From NCBI RefSeq assembly GCF_001194135.2, contig NC_068999.1, positions 22,080,007 through 22,144,006 of the forward strand: a stretch of DNA of 64,000 nt, read 5' to 3'. A program made the translations under genes and the position numbers. The first letter of the stretch is position 1. Each line of letters begins with the position of its first letter. Under the pieces are notes generated by a model that saw nothing but the letters and a program-made list of their open reading frames with translations, ran no database searches and had not been told where the DNA came from. This document shows positions 1 to 30,000 of the stretch, piece after piece. The stretch comes from Octopus bimaculoides (Eukaryota).

Positions 1-1513
1 GTTTTCATTTATATATGATATTAGGATTGTACAGGTCTCATCATCATAATTTTCCATGCTGGCATAGGTTGGACAGGTTGACATGGTTTGAATCAGTTTC
101 TGTTGAGAGCTACTGCCCTAACAAGCAAATCAGAAGACTACATTTTGTTCATTCATTTTAATTGCTGACTTAGTTTCTAATGCTGGATCCTTTTTCTTTC
201 AATAACCGTTTTACAAAGGGTCCCAGGAGCATTTTATCATGACACCAGCACCAGAAAGCAAGACAAGACTAAACTTTCTTCTCCACACTGTACTTACTCA
301 TTAAACAACCCCATTTTAGTGTGTACTTTTTGCATTTTGTCATAATGCCAATACTAGAAATGATGCTATGTCCTCCACAAGGCAGAACTAAAGAGACCTC
401 TCAGTTTTTGCTTTCTCTGATTATTTGTCAATCACTTTACAAAGTGTGGTAGTTGTATTTTATTGTAGCATCAACAAGGACTGCCTTATACACTGTAAGA
501 ATAGAATATTCATTACTCTGGGATATGTCACTCAATTCAGGGTCATCTAGCAGTATTATAGTCCCCTGGATATATCAATGCACTGGGTCCTATAGTATTT
601 ATTTACTGACAGCAAATTACAACATACAGAGATCAGAACTGGGCCCCTAGACCCAGGAGGTCCCCAGGTAACTTCCCAGTGTGCCTGTGTCTTACTAGAG
701 CACTGACTCAAGATAATGTGACCTATGAGGTGAATAGGAGAAATGACAGAAGAACCAGAATAGACAGGGAGAGAGAATAATGGTAGAAACAGTGTGATAA
801 GCACGAGAAGAGGTAAAAGAGAAGGGCAGTAGTAAATGAAAGTGATTGATAACAATAAGAAGAGGCTCAGGGAAGAGTGAGTGATGACTGACAGTACAAA
901 AAAGAGTGTAGGTAAAGTGTATGGCTTATAAACAGGTTCAATGTGGTCTCTTACACATTGGATTCATGGTAGACAAGAAAAGTAGAATAATGGTTGGAAA
1001 TTGAATACATGTGCATTTCATACTATGCATTGTTGTGTGAATAATATAAGTGATATAGAGATGAATGGCAGGAAGATAATGAAGATGAGTGATAAGTAGA
1101 CAAGTTTATTGGGAGTTGAATGATAGGGAAATGAGATGTCAGAGATGGAGGAGAGACAGCAGATGTAGACTTGACTCAGTGTGTGCACGTGCGTGCATGT
1201 GTACAGGGGTACTAGTATATATGCTTGCCTGTATTATATATGTAGGCATGCATACAACCTTCTAAATATTGGCTCAAATTCAATTGTAGAGCATAAGAGT
1301 ATTGTCAATTTAGCTTCAACTCACATAGTAAATTCAAATGAATGGTAAGCAAATTTTTATATGGGCTTCTTTCCTCTTACTGTTGCTGTTGCTATCATTA
1401 TTTTGGTTGCTTTTTCTTCAGCAATACCAATAACACAGTAACTGTTCTATTCATTGATCTTGTTGTTACTGCTTAAAACATTCCCATAGAGTTAGTATTT
1501 GCTACCTTCCTTT

Positions 1514-2040
1514 CATCATCATCATCATCATCATCATCGTTTAACGCCCGCTTTCCATGCTAGCATGGGTTGGACAATTTGACTGAGGACTGGTGGAACC
1601 CGAAAGCTACACCAGGCTCCAATCTGATTTGGCAGAGTTTCTACAGCTAGATGCCCTTCCTGATGCCAACCACTCCAAGAGTGTAGTAGGTGCTTTTACA
1701 TGTCACCCGCACGAAGGCCAGTCAGGAGGTACTGGCAACGGCCACGCTCAAAATGGTGTATTTTATGTGCCACCCACACAAGAGCCAGTCCAGGGGCACT
1801 GGCAACAATCTCGCTCGAAAGTCCTTACACATGCTGCGGGCACAAGTACCAGAAAGGNNNNNNNNNNCAGGGGCACTGGCAACAATCTCGCTCGAAAGTC
1901 CTTACACATGCTGCGGGCACAAGTACCAGAAAGGCGACGCTGGGCACAGGTGCCATCCCGATTTCGCTTTCCTCAATAAGTCTTCGCAAGCTGAGTTTCG
2001 TGTCCAATGAAGGAGATGACGTTGGCATGGGTGCCACATT
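1514..2040 (-). mobile_element. 3' end of RTE-type LINE or its non-autonomous derivative, (GAT)n tail
   Basis: Reverse complement of the 3' end at 60615-60871; (CAT)n at 1514-1538. Confidence 0.75.
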
Positions 2041-2589
2041 TCTTATTCCCAGTAAAACCTTAGCACATGATATGATATTTTAGTTGATATGTGAGCTATC
2101 ATTTGCATTTTACTTGTCAACAACTAACAAAGAAATGCTTAAGTTATACTTCCAAGTCAATGAAGATAAAATGCCTGCTCTTGGGTGCAAAATCAAACAG
2201 AAAAAAACTTTCAGTTCTTTCTTGCCATCTGCACCATCCAAAATGCCTGGAACATGTTCTTTGTTTAGGACCTACTAAAAATGATAATCATAATTTCTTA
2301 CATAGGTGAAAGATTACAAATTTGAAAGAGAGGTGTTAGTTGATTAAATCAACCCCCAGAAATTGACAGGTATATTTTACATTGATTCTAGTTAGATGAA
2401 AGACTAAATTGACATTAGTTGTATTTGGAAACAGAATGTAAAGAGTTAGAACAAAAACCACAACACATTTTGTTCAATACTTTAATGGTTTGCCAATCTA
2501 TTCATTAACAATAACAATGATAATCATAATAATAATAAAATAATAACAATAGAAATAATAATAATAATAATAATTATTATTATAGTAGT

Positions 2590-3870
2590 AATAATATATG
2601 GAGTAAGCAAGAACAACATAATACTACAGCTGAATGGCCCTGCAGCCTGAAGCAAACAGCTTCTTATCCCCAGCAAGAGGTGATCCACTTCAAAGAAGGC
2701 AGTATCAGAAATATGAGTAAAAAGATAAGCTATTGGAAAGCAGCAGGACCTGATATTGTACAGGGGATTTGGATAAAAATGTTCAGTAGTTGCCATAAAT
2801 TGATCACAGAGCAATTTAATGCATTGATCAATGGAGAAGAAAAAATCCCGGGCTGGTTGACGAAAAGTTGTGTCTGAAGGATGCATCAAAAGGAATGCTT
2901 CTGACAATTACAGACCAATTTCTTGCTTTCCATTAATGTGGAAGGTACTGTCAGGATGAACTACAAAAGAACTATAAAGTTCTTGATGAGAATGACATAT
3001 TACCAACAGAACAAAAAGACTGTAGAAGGAGATGCAGAGGTACCAAAGATCAATTATTCATAGACAAAATGGTACTGCAAGATTGTAAACGAAGGAGAAC
3101 AAATCTAGGAATGGCCTGGATTTGTGGTGTATGCGTGAGAGTAGAAGTAATCGGCTTCCCTCGCACGAGTCTGTCCTGCGGTATCCGATCCTTGCGGTTG
3201 GCCCGACCTGAAGAACACTAGAAAGAGCAGCTGCTTTTCCCAACACCTAGACGATCGCTTGGCACGTCCTCTCCTCACAACAACCCCGTTTGAAAAGGAT
3301 ATGAAATCCCGATCGAAGCTCCCTCTGCCCTTCTTCCTCTTCCAGTCAGCTCACCGTTCCGGTCAGTTCACGGTTCCGGTCAGCTCCCTAATTGCTGACG
3401 TCATACCACAGGATTGACTATTGCAAAGCCTATGTTATGATTCCTCATTCATGGATCATTGAGTGCTTAGATCTGTCTAGAATTGTGAAGAATATAATGC
3501 GTTTCCTGAAGAGAAATACTGTGGGGTGGAAAACTGGAATGACATTTTATGGAAAAAGCTTGGGCACCCTGGGTATCGGAAGAGGATTTTCCAGGGTGAT
3601 CGCTTATCTCTGTTGCTTTTTGTTTTCTGCATGTTACCCCTGACCTTGGTACTTAGGAAAATAAACCTGGAGTATCAACTAAAAGAAAAATCCCAAACAA
3701 TCAACCACCTCCTCTTCATGGATGATTTGAAACTGTGTGGCAAGGATGAGACACAAGTGAGTTCCTTGGTGAACACAGTCCACTGTTTTAGTACTGCTAT
3801 TAGAATGGAATTTGGACTTAAGAAGGGCAGAATAATCTGCCTAAAAAGAGGCAATAATCTTAATTGCCAT
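2590..3870 (+). mobile_element. Degenerate R4/Dong-clade LINE RT fragment
   Basis: WKAAGPDIVQGIWIK, NYRPIS, GMAWIDYCKAY, IFQGDRLS, HLLFMDDLKL; starts at a (TAA)n tract. Confidence 0.85.
3123..3410. mobile_element. Solo LTR nested in the R4/Dong RT
   Basis: TGTGGTGTATG...CATACCACA termini, 5-bp TSD GGATT (3118-3122 and 3411-3415); removal restores GMAWIDYC. Confidence 0.8.
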
Positions 3871-4196
3871 CATATCACAACTCACCAACATATTCAAAAC
3901 ACAGTCACTATCCAACAAAATAACACAACTTACATAGTATATATTCTGACTTGAACAGACAATAACATTAAACACTAAATCAAAACCTCAAAACAAAGCT
4001 AATCAGATATAACATGCAAACACTATGTTACTCTCTCAAGAGACAATGTGCTGCACACATCTCAGGAATATGGAGGTGTACCTGATGTAGCAATAGATGC
4101 TTGAATGAAACTTTCTAAAAACGTAATACTAATGTTTACAATAATGTGATAATATTAATTATGATTATAACCATCTTCATATTTTAATACTTGTAG

Positions 4197-19347
<15,151 letters not shown>

Positions 19348-19728
19348 AATATTTTGTTTTTATTAATTTAACTTTTTCTCTATAAAAAAGTAGTTAAACT
19401 GAGCTTATTTTTGGACAAAGCTTTTTATATACCTTATTAATTATTATTATATACACATTGTTTATTAATTAACTTTTGATAAATGATGAATAAAACGTCT
19501 GGCCTGACAACTGTTATTAAAGTGAATATTTCTGAGAATTGAAATTTAAGGAATTAATTATATGCATGTATGTAGATGCATGCGAGTAAATAAATCAAAT
19601 GTCAAAAGCAGTCATTATAGAAATAATTGTAGAAATTTTATTTTAAAAAATTAGTCTTAGATTACATGGAATATAAAAATAACATTTACAATTTTTTTTT
19701 TTTTTTTTAAATGAAAGAATGTATAAGC

Positions 19729-20012
19729 CAGTGTTTCTCAAACAGTGCAATGCTTAGGATATCTAAGTGCACCATAAATATCTAAAAATATAATTTAAGG
19801 CTTTAGAAAACCTATAGTAAATTATGACCGTCTTAAAAAAACATGTTATTTTGTACACAAGTATCATTAATAAAACGAGGCATACAACAGCTTTTTAATT
19901 TTTTCCTGAATTTTTACATTAGAACAGGTCAATTTTCCTGCAAGATGTATTTGTAATGTTTTTTTATTTGATTTCCATTGTGCCTCAAAGTCAAAAAGAT
20001 TGAGAATAACTC
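19729..20012. mobile_element. hAT-like MITE relic between the two 3' ends
   Basis: CAGTGTTTCTCAA left end and degenerate TTGAGAATAACT right end. Confidence 0.4.
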
Positions 20013-20880
20013 TTATAAAACACTTCTTAATCGTATATATCAAACGAATACAGAGATTGGTACATCTTCAAATTATTCTTTTAATTGAATGAAGGTGCAC
20101 AGCAAATAAAGCTGGATTGCATATGCAGCAGAAACACATTGGTCATTGCTGTATGACCAACTATAAAATTAAAAGAAAAATTGGACGATGTACCAATTTC
20201 TGTATTCTTTGTAATTGTTTGAAATTTACACTCCTGATTAATATTCATAATCCAGTGAAGCAAACCTAGAGTTACCCCTCAGAAGTGTTACAGTGGGATT
20301 GCTCATACTAAGCAATCACTGATGTTTGTTACCACTTGATGCAGTTAGCTGTAACCTGGAACAAACCTGAGAGCTACTCCGGTACCCACCAGGATAATTT
20401 ATCCCTATTTCCTCACCTTATATATGTACACAAACACATATATATCTACACACACACACATTATTATATATACACATTATTATACATACTTGTTTATATA
20501 TGTATTCACACAACACACACATATAGATATATAAAAAAAATGGTCTTATTATAAAACATGATACAAAATACCATGTTTTTCAGACTATTTAGGTAGATTA
20601 AAAAATGCTTAGATATTATAATGTCAATATAATCACACCAATAATAGCATCCTAGCATGTCCAAAGTCTCTGGCTTAAAACTCTGTATATAAAAGAGAAT
20701 GAATAACATTATTTCATAAGTGTGTTTTGTTTCTATAAAAATAACAAAAACTATTTAAATTTTATTGATATAATAATGGTAGACTTCTAGATAAGAAAGT
20801 AAAGTTGTACTGTTTTGAGATTTTCTTAGAGAAATGTTTTTGAATCTATTTTACAATTAAAAAAAAAGCTAAAAACTATT

Positions 20881-21035
20881 TCAGAAAATAGAAAAGTTTG
20901 TGAGGAAGCTGCAAAAAGCCAAAATAATAGCTAAGACTGTTGCTTCATTCTTAACACTTCTATTTAAAATATAGATGGTGTTTGGCTTTCTGTAAGGGTC
21001 AAAACCATGATCAAAACGTTGTGGACAGTCATCAT
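20881..21035 (-). CDS. Exon 14 (terminal): DDCPQRFDHGFDPY...NRSVKNEATVLAIILAFCSFLTNFSIF*
   Basis: ttttccag|AT; TGA at 20883-20881; hydrophobic tail; AATAAA on - at 20761-20766. Confidence 0.87.
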
Positions 21036-24000
21036 CTGGAAAAAAATTTTTTAGATTATTTATTGTATTTACAGTTTGAAGCAATTCAAACTAAGAAAAT
21101 GAGATGACAAAGGAATAAACTATTATCTTATGAACTTCTTTAGCTTACTACCTTACAATGTCATTATAAAAATAAATAATTACATCATTGAAATCTTGAA
21201 GCTATGAAACAATGTGAATAAATAAGCTTTCCAGAATGTAATCTGAATGCTAATGGGTTAAAAGATGTTAATATATGACTTTCAGCTATTCTATTATAAG
21301 TGATATTCTTTTTCCTCGTTTCAGTTTTTGGAGTCAGAGAATGCTGAGGGTTCTGATTTGTGAGTTTTAGTAAATCATTTAGACCTAGTACTAATTTTAA
21401 TCAACTACTTATTTTACCAATTTATAGATATGAAATGATTAAACCTTTTTGACACAATGTCTTTTTTTCTTTTTAAATATATTTGCAGAAATTTGAAAAT
21501 ATTTACTATCTTAAATATTTGGTATAGATGTTTTACTTATACTCGGATCCAAAATCTGTTTTGAAAGGGAATAATAAATATACAAACAACAAACTTACAA
21601 AGTCTTTCACTTTCCGCCAGTTCCACCCTCAGGGTTGATCCATCACCTAAGGCTGAATGAGCAGTTTGTTCTCTTTTACATTTGGCATTTGCAGCTCGTG
21701 ACATGATTAAACTTGTCCAAGACAAACGCTCATAAACCTAAAATATGAAAGAAGATTTTATATAAGATTTCAAATGTCTCACTTCTTTAAAAATGAATAA
21801 CATATGCTAAATATTTATATAAAGCATATACTTTATGGGTTTCTTTTACACTATACAGATTAGGGTATGATGATTGTGCATGTTACATGCAATAATTAAA
21901 TGAAGGGCAATGATGACAGTAAAAGAATTTAGAAGTATTATTGAATAATTAAGATGCTGGATGTTTGATTTATGTGACATGTATTGTAACATTTCTTATT
22001 AGATTAGGGAGTGTTCACACTTCACAACTGACTAGCTGGTATCAAACAGAAATATTGAAGTTAATTAGATTTAGAATTTAGATAAATGATTATATACAAA
22101 CCCAGCATCTGAAATTAGAAATGGCATCTTCATCATCATAAGTGATCAGATATGATCTTAAGTCTTCCATCCAATAACCGACACATTTCAGAATATTGTC
22201 TGGTTCATCTACATTCAATATTCAGAAAAGGATAAACTAATTTTCATCACAAAAAATGAAATTTCTTCAAATTAAATGAGCAACATTCTACGGAAAACAT
22301 TCTTAGAGCCTAGTTATTTACATTTCTACTTTATTTTCCTGGCAATGAAATTAACATTTAAAACAGTTGTAGTTGCATTCATTGCAATGGTCTTGGAAAA
22401 AGTGAATTTAAAATTTGATGATATACTTTTAATATTTGCACTTAATTTCTTCAAGTTAATATTTTAAATGTCTAGATAAATAAAACTAAACTTTTATTTC
22501 TCTTCATGGAACTGTATTTTCTACATTTATCTCAATAAACAGTTCAAAATTTAATTAGAAGTAAATTCTATTTCTAGATTTAATCAACTTATTTTACTCT
22601 TTAATTGAAATCTCACCATATTCTCCAATAGGCCTGCCACGATAATCAACTGTTTCACAATATTCAACATCAATCTCAAATTTTGTCATATCCTGGGTGC
22701 AAGACTTTGCTTCACTCTGGACATTTCGGCAATCCACTTGCACACGGGGTTTGTCTGTAATACCTCTGATACGGGTTGTATAAAACTCATTAGGAAAACC
22801 TGTTTGTATAAATGAGTAGCGTCCTCCAATAGGACATGGAACTGGAGTAGGAGGGTTAACTGAAAGTATTATAAAATTCATTATAGAAAGAAAAGAAACA
22901 AATTGTCATACGTTTAACAAAACTAAAAAAAAATTCTACATTCAGATCTGCTAAGAAAATGATCAAACACAGAAGCACATTTAATGTTTACATCGAATGG
23001 AAAAATATACATTTAAAGAACATTATGGATTGCTTTACTACTGATGTTATCCAAGAGAAAGGCAAAGGCCAATACAGCTTGGAACTAATGACATCGCAAC
23101 CCATTTTTACAGATGAGTGAACTGGAGCAAGGTGAAAAATAAGTGTCTTGCTCAAGAACACAATGCATAGCCCAGTCCAGAAGTTGAACTCACTACCTCA
23201 TGATGCTCTAACCACTGAGCCATGCATCTTCATATTCAAAGAACAATATGCAAATGTTGACTAAATCCTTAAACATTAACTTAAATCGCACCACATAAAA
23301 AATGCATAGAAAATGAAAATGTTAGAGTATGCTAATAAAGCCATAATATTTTTGTCCTAGTATTTGATTACATAATTTGCATCAAATATATAACTGAATT
23401 ATTTTATCATTATTAATAAATCATAGGGCAGCAAAAAAAATTTTTTTAATTTTATTTAGTTAGATATGAATAATGTAAGTGGTCATTTTTTTTATTTGAG
23501 GAAACCTACTGTTAATGGATAATCGTCACTGAAATTTCTGGCATATATACCTTTTCATATGGTATTATTGTCATACTGAAGTAAAGTGAAATGTCTTCAA
23601 CTGGACTGTGCTCCAAAATATTAACGACACCATCATTTTCATTTAACATCCACTTTTCCATGCTTGGAATAAAGTTTAATCGAGGCAGATTTTCTGTGGC
23701 TGTATGCCTTTCTCATTGCCAAACCTCACCTATTTCCAAGCAGGGTAACATTTCCCCTAGACCAGAATATTGGAAATGAATGGCACTGCTTGTATGATAG
23801 TAACACTCATTTACAACTATCACGTGATGTCAAGACAAGGAGAGGCAAAGGCAAACACACACACACAGAAAACAGGCTTTTCAGTTTCTGTCTACTAAAT
23901 TCACTTACAAGGCTTTGGTTGGTCCAAGGCTATAGTAGAAGACACCTGCCCAAGATATCACACAATGGGACTGAACCAGGAATTGTGGCTGGAAAGCAAT

Positions 24001-27000
24001 TTTTTTACCACACACCTGCAACAATGATCATGTGTTAGAGGAGTAGAACTTACAGATAAAGTAGTCATATTTCCAATTGAAATCATCTCTGTTCATAACA
24101 AATGCTTGCCATGTGCAGGATTGACGGAATTTCTTCATTAGGAAGTTTGAGTCCATTTCATTAGATGTTAATCGGTTTGGTTTTCCTAACGATGGAGAGA
24201 AACAGAGTGATAACAACAACCCGATAAATAATAAATTTGAAGCAATGACTTTAAACATTGGCACGAGATTACATATTTGAAAAAGAAGAGTATATTCGAT
24301 TGAAGTGGTCCCAGTACACACCTGGTTCTTACTTTATTAATTGAAAGAAGGAGGAGTGGCATAGTTGAAACTGAATGAAAACAGAGTCAATAAATACTGC
24401 AAAGAATGATGTATCATTTCTTATTTCTTTACTGCCCACAAGGGGCTATATACAGAGGGGACAAACAAGGACAGACAAATGGATTAAGTCGATTATATCG
24501 ACCCCAGAGCGTAACTGGTACTTATTTAATCGACCTCGAAAGGATGAAAGGCAAAGTCGACCTCGGCGGAATTTGAACTCAGAACATAACGGCAGACGAA
24601 ATACCGCTAAGCATTTTGCCCGCCGTGCTAACGTTTCTGCCAGCTCGCCGCCTTATGTATCATTTCTATCACTCCAATGCTCTTCATAACATTAAAATAA
24701 TTATTTCAAATTTTGGTACAATACCTGCAATTTTAGGGGAGAAGTTAGTTGGTTAAATTGACCCTGTCTCTGACCGATACTTTATTGTATCAACCCCAAA
24801 AAGGATGACCACAGCAGGATTTGAATTCAGAATGTAAGAATCCTGCTGATGTCAACTTTACCTTTTTTACCATTTGGTGGTTGATGAAATAAAGCCTCAG
24901 TCAAGTATAAGAGTCAATAGCATTACAATAATAATAACACCAACAACAGACATACAAAATACAAGAAATAAATGTAAGAAAAAGTTTATTATGTGCTTCA
25001 TGATGTAGCTTTAATACTTCAATGTTTAAACATGGATATAATTATTAGAGCTTTTTTTTATTCTCCCACAATTTATATAAAACTAGAATAAGTTCTATGT
25101 TTAGATGGTTTTTACAAATTTTAATATTTGGATGCCCTTTATAAAACATGACATTCAACAATAACAGTTGACACCTGTTATTTCATGAAGAAAACCTTAG
25201 TCAAGCTAGGTAGGGTCTGTTCCTTGCTCAAAGACAGCTATTGTAGGAAGGTTTGATGCTTCTATGTGACCAATAAATACTACAGCCATTTCTTCTTCCA
25301 AGATCATATTAGAATTTTAATCTAATGCTGAATTGAGGGGTACATTCTTCGCCAGGGAAGGTTTTGGCATTGCTCAGAAACTGGACGTGGCTCAGTCTTT
25401 TACCTACAGACAAATGTCTTGGCAGGGCAATGGGAATGAAGAAAGTATTGAAGAACATACTAGTTTATCCTCCCTTGTAGACAAAGGTTTTGATGGTGTC
25501 ATAACCTAAAGGGTTACAAATAATTTTCTTTATGACAATCAATTTTAAAATCAATTTAGGGAAATAAAAATAGAAAGTTATATCAAACTTACCAACTCTA
25601 AATCTCACAATACTGTGATGTCTTGGTTGAATATCAAAACAAACAAAATCAATTTCACTAAAAGAGAAGATACATAACCAATTATTCAATTTTGCTAGGT
25701 AGTTACTTCAAATTTTTTACAACAGCATTTTTTCTTTTTTTGTCATGTTAAAGTTTCAGGAATTAAGGTGAACAGAATAGAAGAATCAGTTGGTGAAGAA
25801 TCAGTAAGTGAACAGAATAGAAGAAACAATTAGTTTTCAAGTGTGATAAAATTCAAAATTCAAGGAAACTGGTAATGGTCTGTGATGGCAAAGATCAATC
25901 AGTCAGAAAGATCAAAATAGGTAAGGTTAATTTGTGTAAGAGTTTTATATACTGAACTTTGCTTTTCATCAGAGAATAATGAAAAAAAGGTTGAATTAAA
26001 AGCAAGATGAGAAAGGGAGTTAATGTAGAAGATGAGAATGATGGAAAGGATGTTTTTGAAATACAAAGACATGATGGTCATGGAAAGAACGATATTTGGA
26101 CTTGGCTTTCTTAATCAGTACTGATGTTGGGTTAATCAACAACCAGTCACATAAACATGTATAAAGCCATATACAGTGATGAAGATACAACACAATTTAA
26201 TTTGTGTAGATATCGATGTGATTGACCCATAGTCAGTTAGGTATTAGAGGAAGGTGTCATACTCAATGTCATGGTCAACTACAAGGACAAAGAATAAGTA
26301 CTAGAGACAGGGAACTACAGAAACATCAAGCTGATGAACTGGTTTGTGAAAGTTACTGAAAGAGTTGTAGCATAACTAATTAGGAATAGAATTAGTCCAA
26401 TATGTGAAGCATTTGCACTTGTGCAAGGAAGATATACTACCAATTGCCCTCTTTCAAGTAAAACAATGGCAGGAGAAGTACTTGGCTAAAAGTAAATTGC
26501 CATACCTAGCATTTGTAGACAGGGTCTTTGTAAATTGGTAGACACTAAAGGCAAGAGCTGTGCAAGCCATGTACAGAGGTGCAACCAGCAAAGTAAGAGT
26601 TAGCAATAAGTAAAGTAATAAATTTAGGATGCAGGTAGGAATCCAGCAGGGCCCAGTCCTTTTCTATTGGCTACAATAGTGGTGTTTAAGACGGGCTTAT
26701 CCATGGGAACTTCTATATGCTGATGGCTTTGTTCTTATTCTTATAGTAGAATCTAAGACAAGTTGACAGAATTGTTAGTATGTCAAACAAAATGCTTAGT
26801 GGCAGTTCTTCCAGCTCTTTACATTTGGATCTCTCTCTCCTAATATGTTCTAATTACATTTACATATGCTGCTTCTTACATCTCTTTGATGCTCTCTTTT
26901 CTCTCTTTAATTCATCTCTTGCCATTCATCCTCTTTTGTTCACTCTTATGTTGCCAAGATAACTAAGGATGGTGGAGGATATCTCCCATTCACTGTACCA

Positions 27001-30000
27001 TGCAACAAAGGTATCTAGGGATGGTATTAGATCTGTGTTGCCTTTACATGACTCTGATACTCCTTTTCTGTCCTATTCACTGTGCAATGTCACTTACATG
27101 GCATTGGACCTACACATATCCAATCACCATTATCACCATACTTATTAATCTGGCTCATCCTGAGGCCATGTACAAGAAATGACATTCGATTTGTTTGTAC
27201 CTGATATACTCTGTAAATATATAAATCGCGTATAACAGTTCATCCCTTCCCCACAACCACTGTATTCCCCCTCCCACTCTCTCTCATGAATCTACCTGCA
27301 CACAATTTGCCAAATCATTCCCCCACAACATACCCTCCTAATGAACCCCTCCTTCTACCTGCTCACTACATTCTCTCCTCCACTCCATCTCTCCTTTTGC
27401 ATTCTTGCAAACTCACCCACCCACCCTACTCACCCTCAAATGAAGGTGTCCTGGATTATGACAGATACACATTTTTTATCTCACAGTTAATTCTGTGCCT
27501 CTTCTTTTCTATCTTGGGTTGCGTCATGGTTTGCATGAAACCTGGCTCAGTTATATCTCTTGTGGCTCTAAATGATGTCATCTGTAGTGCAGCATTGTAC
27601 TGTCTAATTTTGTTTTGGAAGTGCTTGGAATCTTGGTCAGTTGATGGCAACAGTTTCTTCAATGGCTCTGGAGGTTGGGGAATTGCAGGGAGTTTAACCT
27701 TTCCACCACTGCAGCACAGGGCAAGTGTCTCTCCAGACTTGGCTTTACAATATATGCACTCAGTTGTCATTGCACCAATGGAAACTCTAGTGTCATCTGC
27801 ATAATGAACTGCTGGACCATAATTGAAGGCTGCTTCATAGAAGTTGCTTCTCTGAGCTATTGCAACTGCTCTTTGTTCTGCATTCCTTGTCAGTCATGCA
27901 TATCGCTGTTCATCACTTTGAGATGCTCTGACTTTGTTAATGCGCAGTCTATTCGTTTCTTGGCATGCTTCCCTTTCTGCAGCTATCTCTCTTTCCCTAT
28001 ACTGAAACATTCTTTTGGCTGACCTTGATATTGTAGAAAAATTTGCATAAGTACAGATTTCTGTACCCCCACCCCAACTTTGGATGATCATAACTTTCAG
28101 AAAAATGGATATTTTTTAATGAACTATTCTATGAATATGTGTTACATCATGTAGATTCCGAATATACGAAAATTTGCGGGATAACTGTTTTAAGAGGGGG
28201 TGGGGTGAGTAATTTCTGAAAATTCACCGGAGTCCACTTCAATTCATTTTAACTTTCAAGCAAATGGATATTTTTTTAATGAAATTCTCTACAAATATAC
28301 CTCAGACTATGTAGATTCCGAGGACAAAGGAATTTTGGAGGAAAACAATTGGGGGTTACTTTTGAGAACTGTTCCTAACTCGGGGCTGTTTCGGAACAAG
28401 TCATCCATATTTGTTTCATTTTCTCTGTTTTGTGCGTTTGTGCATCCGTAGATATCTACCGCGCGCACGTAACTAAAAAAAGTTCAAACGGGGACTTATT
28501 CCATTCAGTATCATGTTTATTATAGAGCTTATGTAACAAATTATACTTTATACTTCTTTATTTAATTGTGCATGTATATTCCTTATTTTTGCTTCTGGTA
28601 TCTTCTGCCTTTCTATTAGAAACTCAGGAATTTAATTAAAGTGAAAAAGAAATTGTATGCAACTGATAAGTCATCTTAATAACATATTTTTGTGTACCAG
28701 ACCTTTAGATGTTATTTTTAGCATAACGAATTTTCTGGTGAGGGCTTCATTTGCCTTCATTGCCAGTTTGTTGCTTCAATAGAAATCTACGGATGCACAA
28801 ACGCACAAAACGGAAAAATGAAACAAATATGGATGACTTGTTCAGAAACACCCCTGAGGGGGGAACAGGTCTCAAAAGTAATCTCCAATTGTTCCCCCTC
28901 CCCAATTTCTATGTCCTCGGAATCTACATAATCTGAGGTATATTTGTAGAGAATTTTATAAAAAAATATACATTTTCTTGAAAGTGAAGACGAATCGAAA
29001 TGGACTCCAATGAATTTTCAGAAATTCCCTACCCCCTCCTGAACTACTTACCCCACAAAATTTTGTATATTCGGGGTGGGACAGAAATCTGTAGTTATGC
29101 CAACAAATTTGACACTTCCCTACTAGGCATTGTTATATATGTATCCAGAAATACACAAGTGGAGAAGATAGTAAACATTGGTAACGGAAATTGTTTTTTT
29201 TTAATAAGACAGCTAGAAAGTAAATATGAAATTTTAACGGAAAATAAAGTATTGTACGGGTTGAAGTGAAATTTGTCACTCAGTGAGCTAAAGAGCTAGT
29301 ATTGAAGTAACCAGAAAAAAAACCATCGACAACAGAGAAACACTAAACTGTACGGATTGAAATGAAGTTCATGAAGATACTTCTGTCAGTAAATTATGAA
29401 ATTACTTACATCAGTAATTGTGAACTTCTTTCTGTCAGTAATTTGTCGTTTGTTTGTAAATAGCGATAGAAAGCTTAGACTTACAATGGAAACAATAACA
29501 TTGAAGTTAAACAATGGCGTAAGAAAATTAAAAGTGAAAAAGAATAGCATCTGAAAAATGCAAGTGAAAACAAGAGATATAGATAGAGAGATAGAGATAG
29601 ATAGAGGGAGATATACATAAAGAGATATGTTACATCACTGACACTAGAAAACTGGAAGTCAATATTTTTAAAACTTTCAAAGACGTGAATGTAATATAAA
29701 AAGAAATATTTTTTATTTTTAATAAAAAATTAAATAAACAGCCTATGATTTGTCCAATATTTCCAATATTCTGAGAAAACATGTCTAGCCATAAGAAATA
29801 TTACCTTGCTTGGAAACAGGTGAGGGCTAGTGACAGAAAGTGCATCTGGCCACAGAAAATTTATGATAAATTCTCTCTGACCCATGCAAGCATGGAAAAA
29901 TGGATATTAAAACAGATGATGATGATGATCCTAATGCATCACTCAATTTGTTTCTTAACAACTAATATCTAGAACTCATATCTTCCTTGTTTCCCAGTAA

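Noticed and set aside
1246-1334. Open tag|G...TG|gtaagc segment (HAYNLLNIG...NSNE)
   Set aside because: Splice signals are plausible, but there is no recognisable homology and no convincing phase-bridging exon; left unassigned.
2084-2305. Exon-like segment upstream of the first SHOC1 exon
   Set aside because: No frame matches the expected SHOC1 motif and the donor phase (2) does not fit the phase-0 exon at 4197.
25465-25592. ORF-track extension of exon 9 (GKFDITFY...YKGG*)
   Set aside because: Read-through past a consensus G|gtaagt donor; the reading frame continues properly in exon 10.
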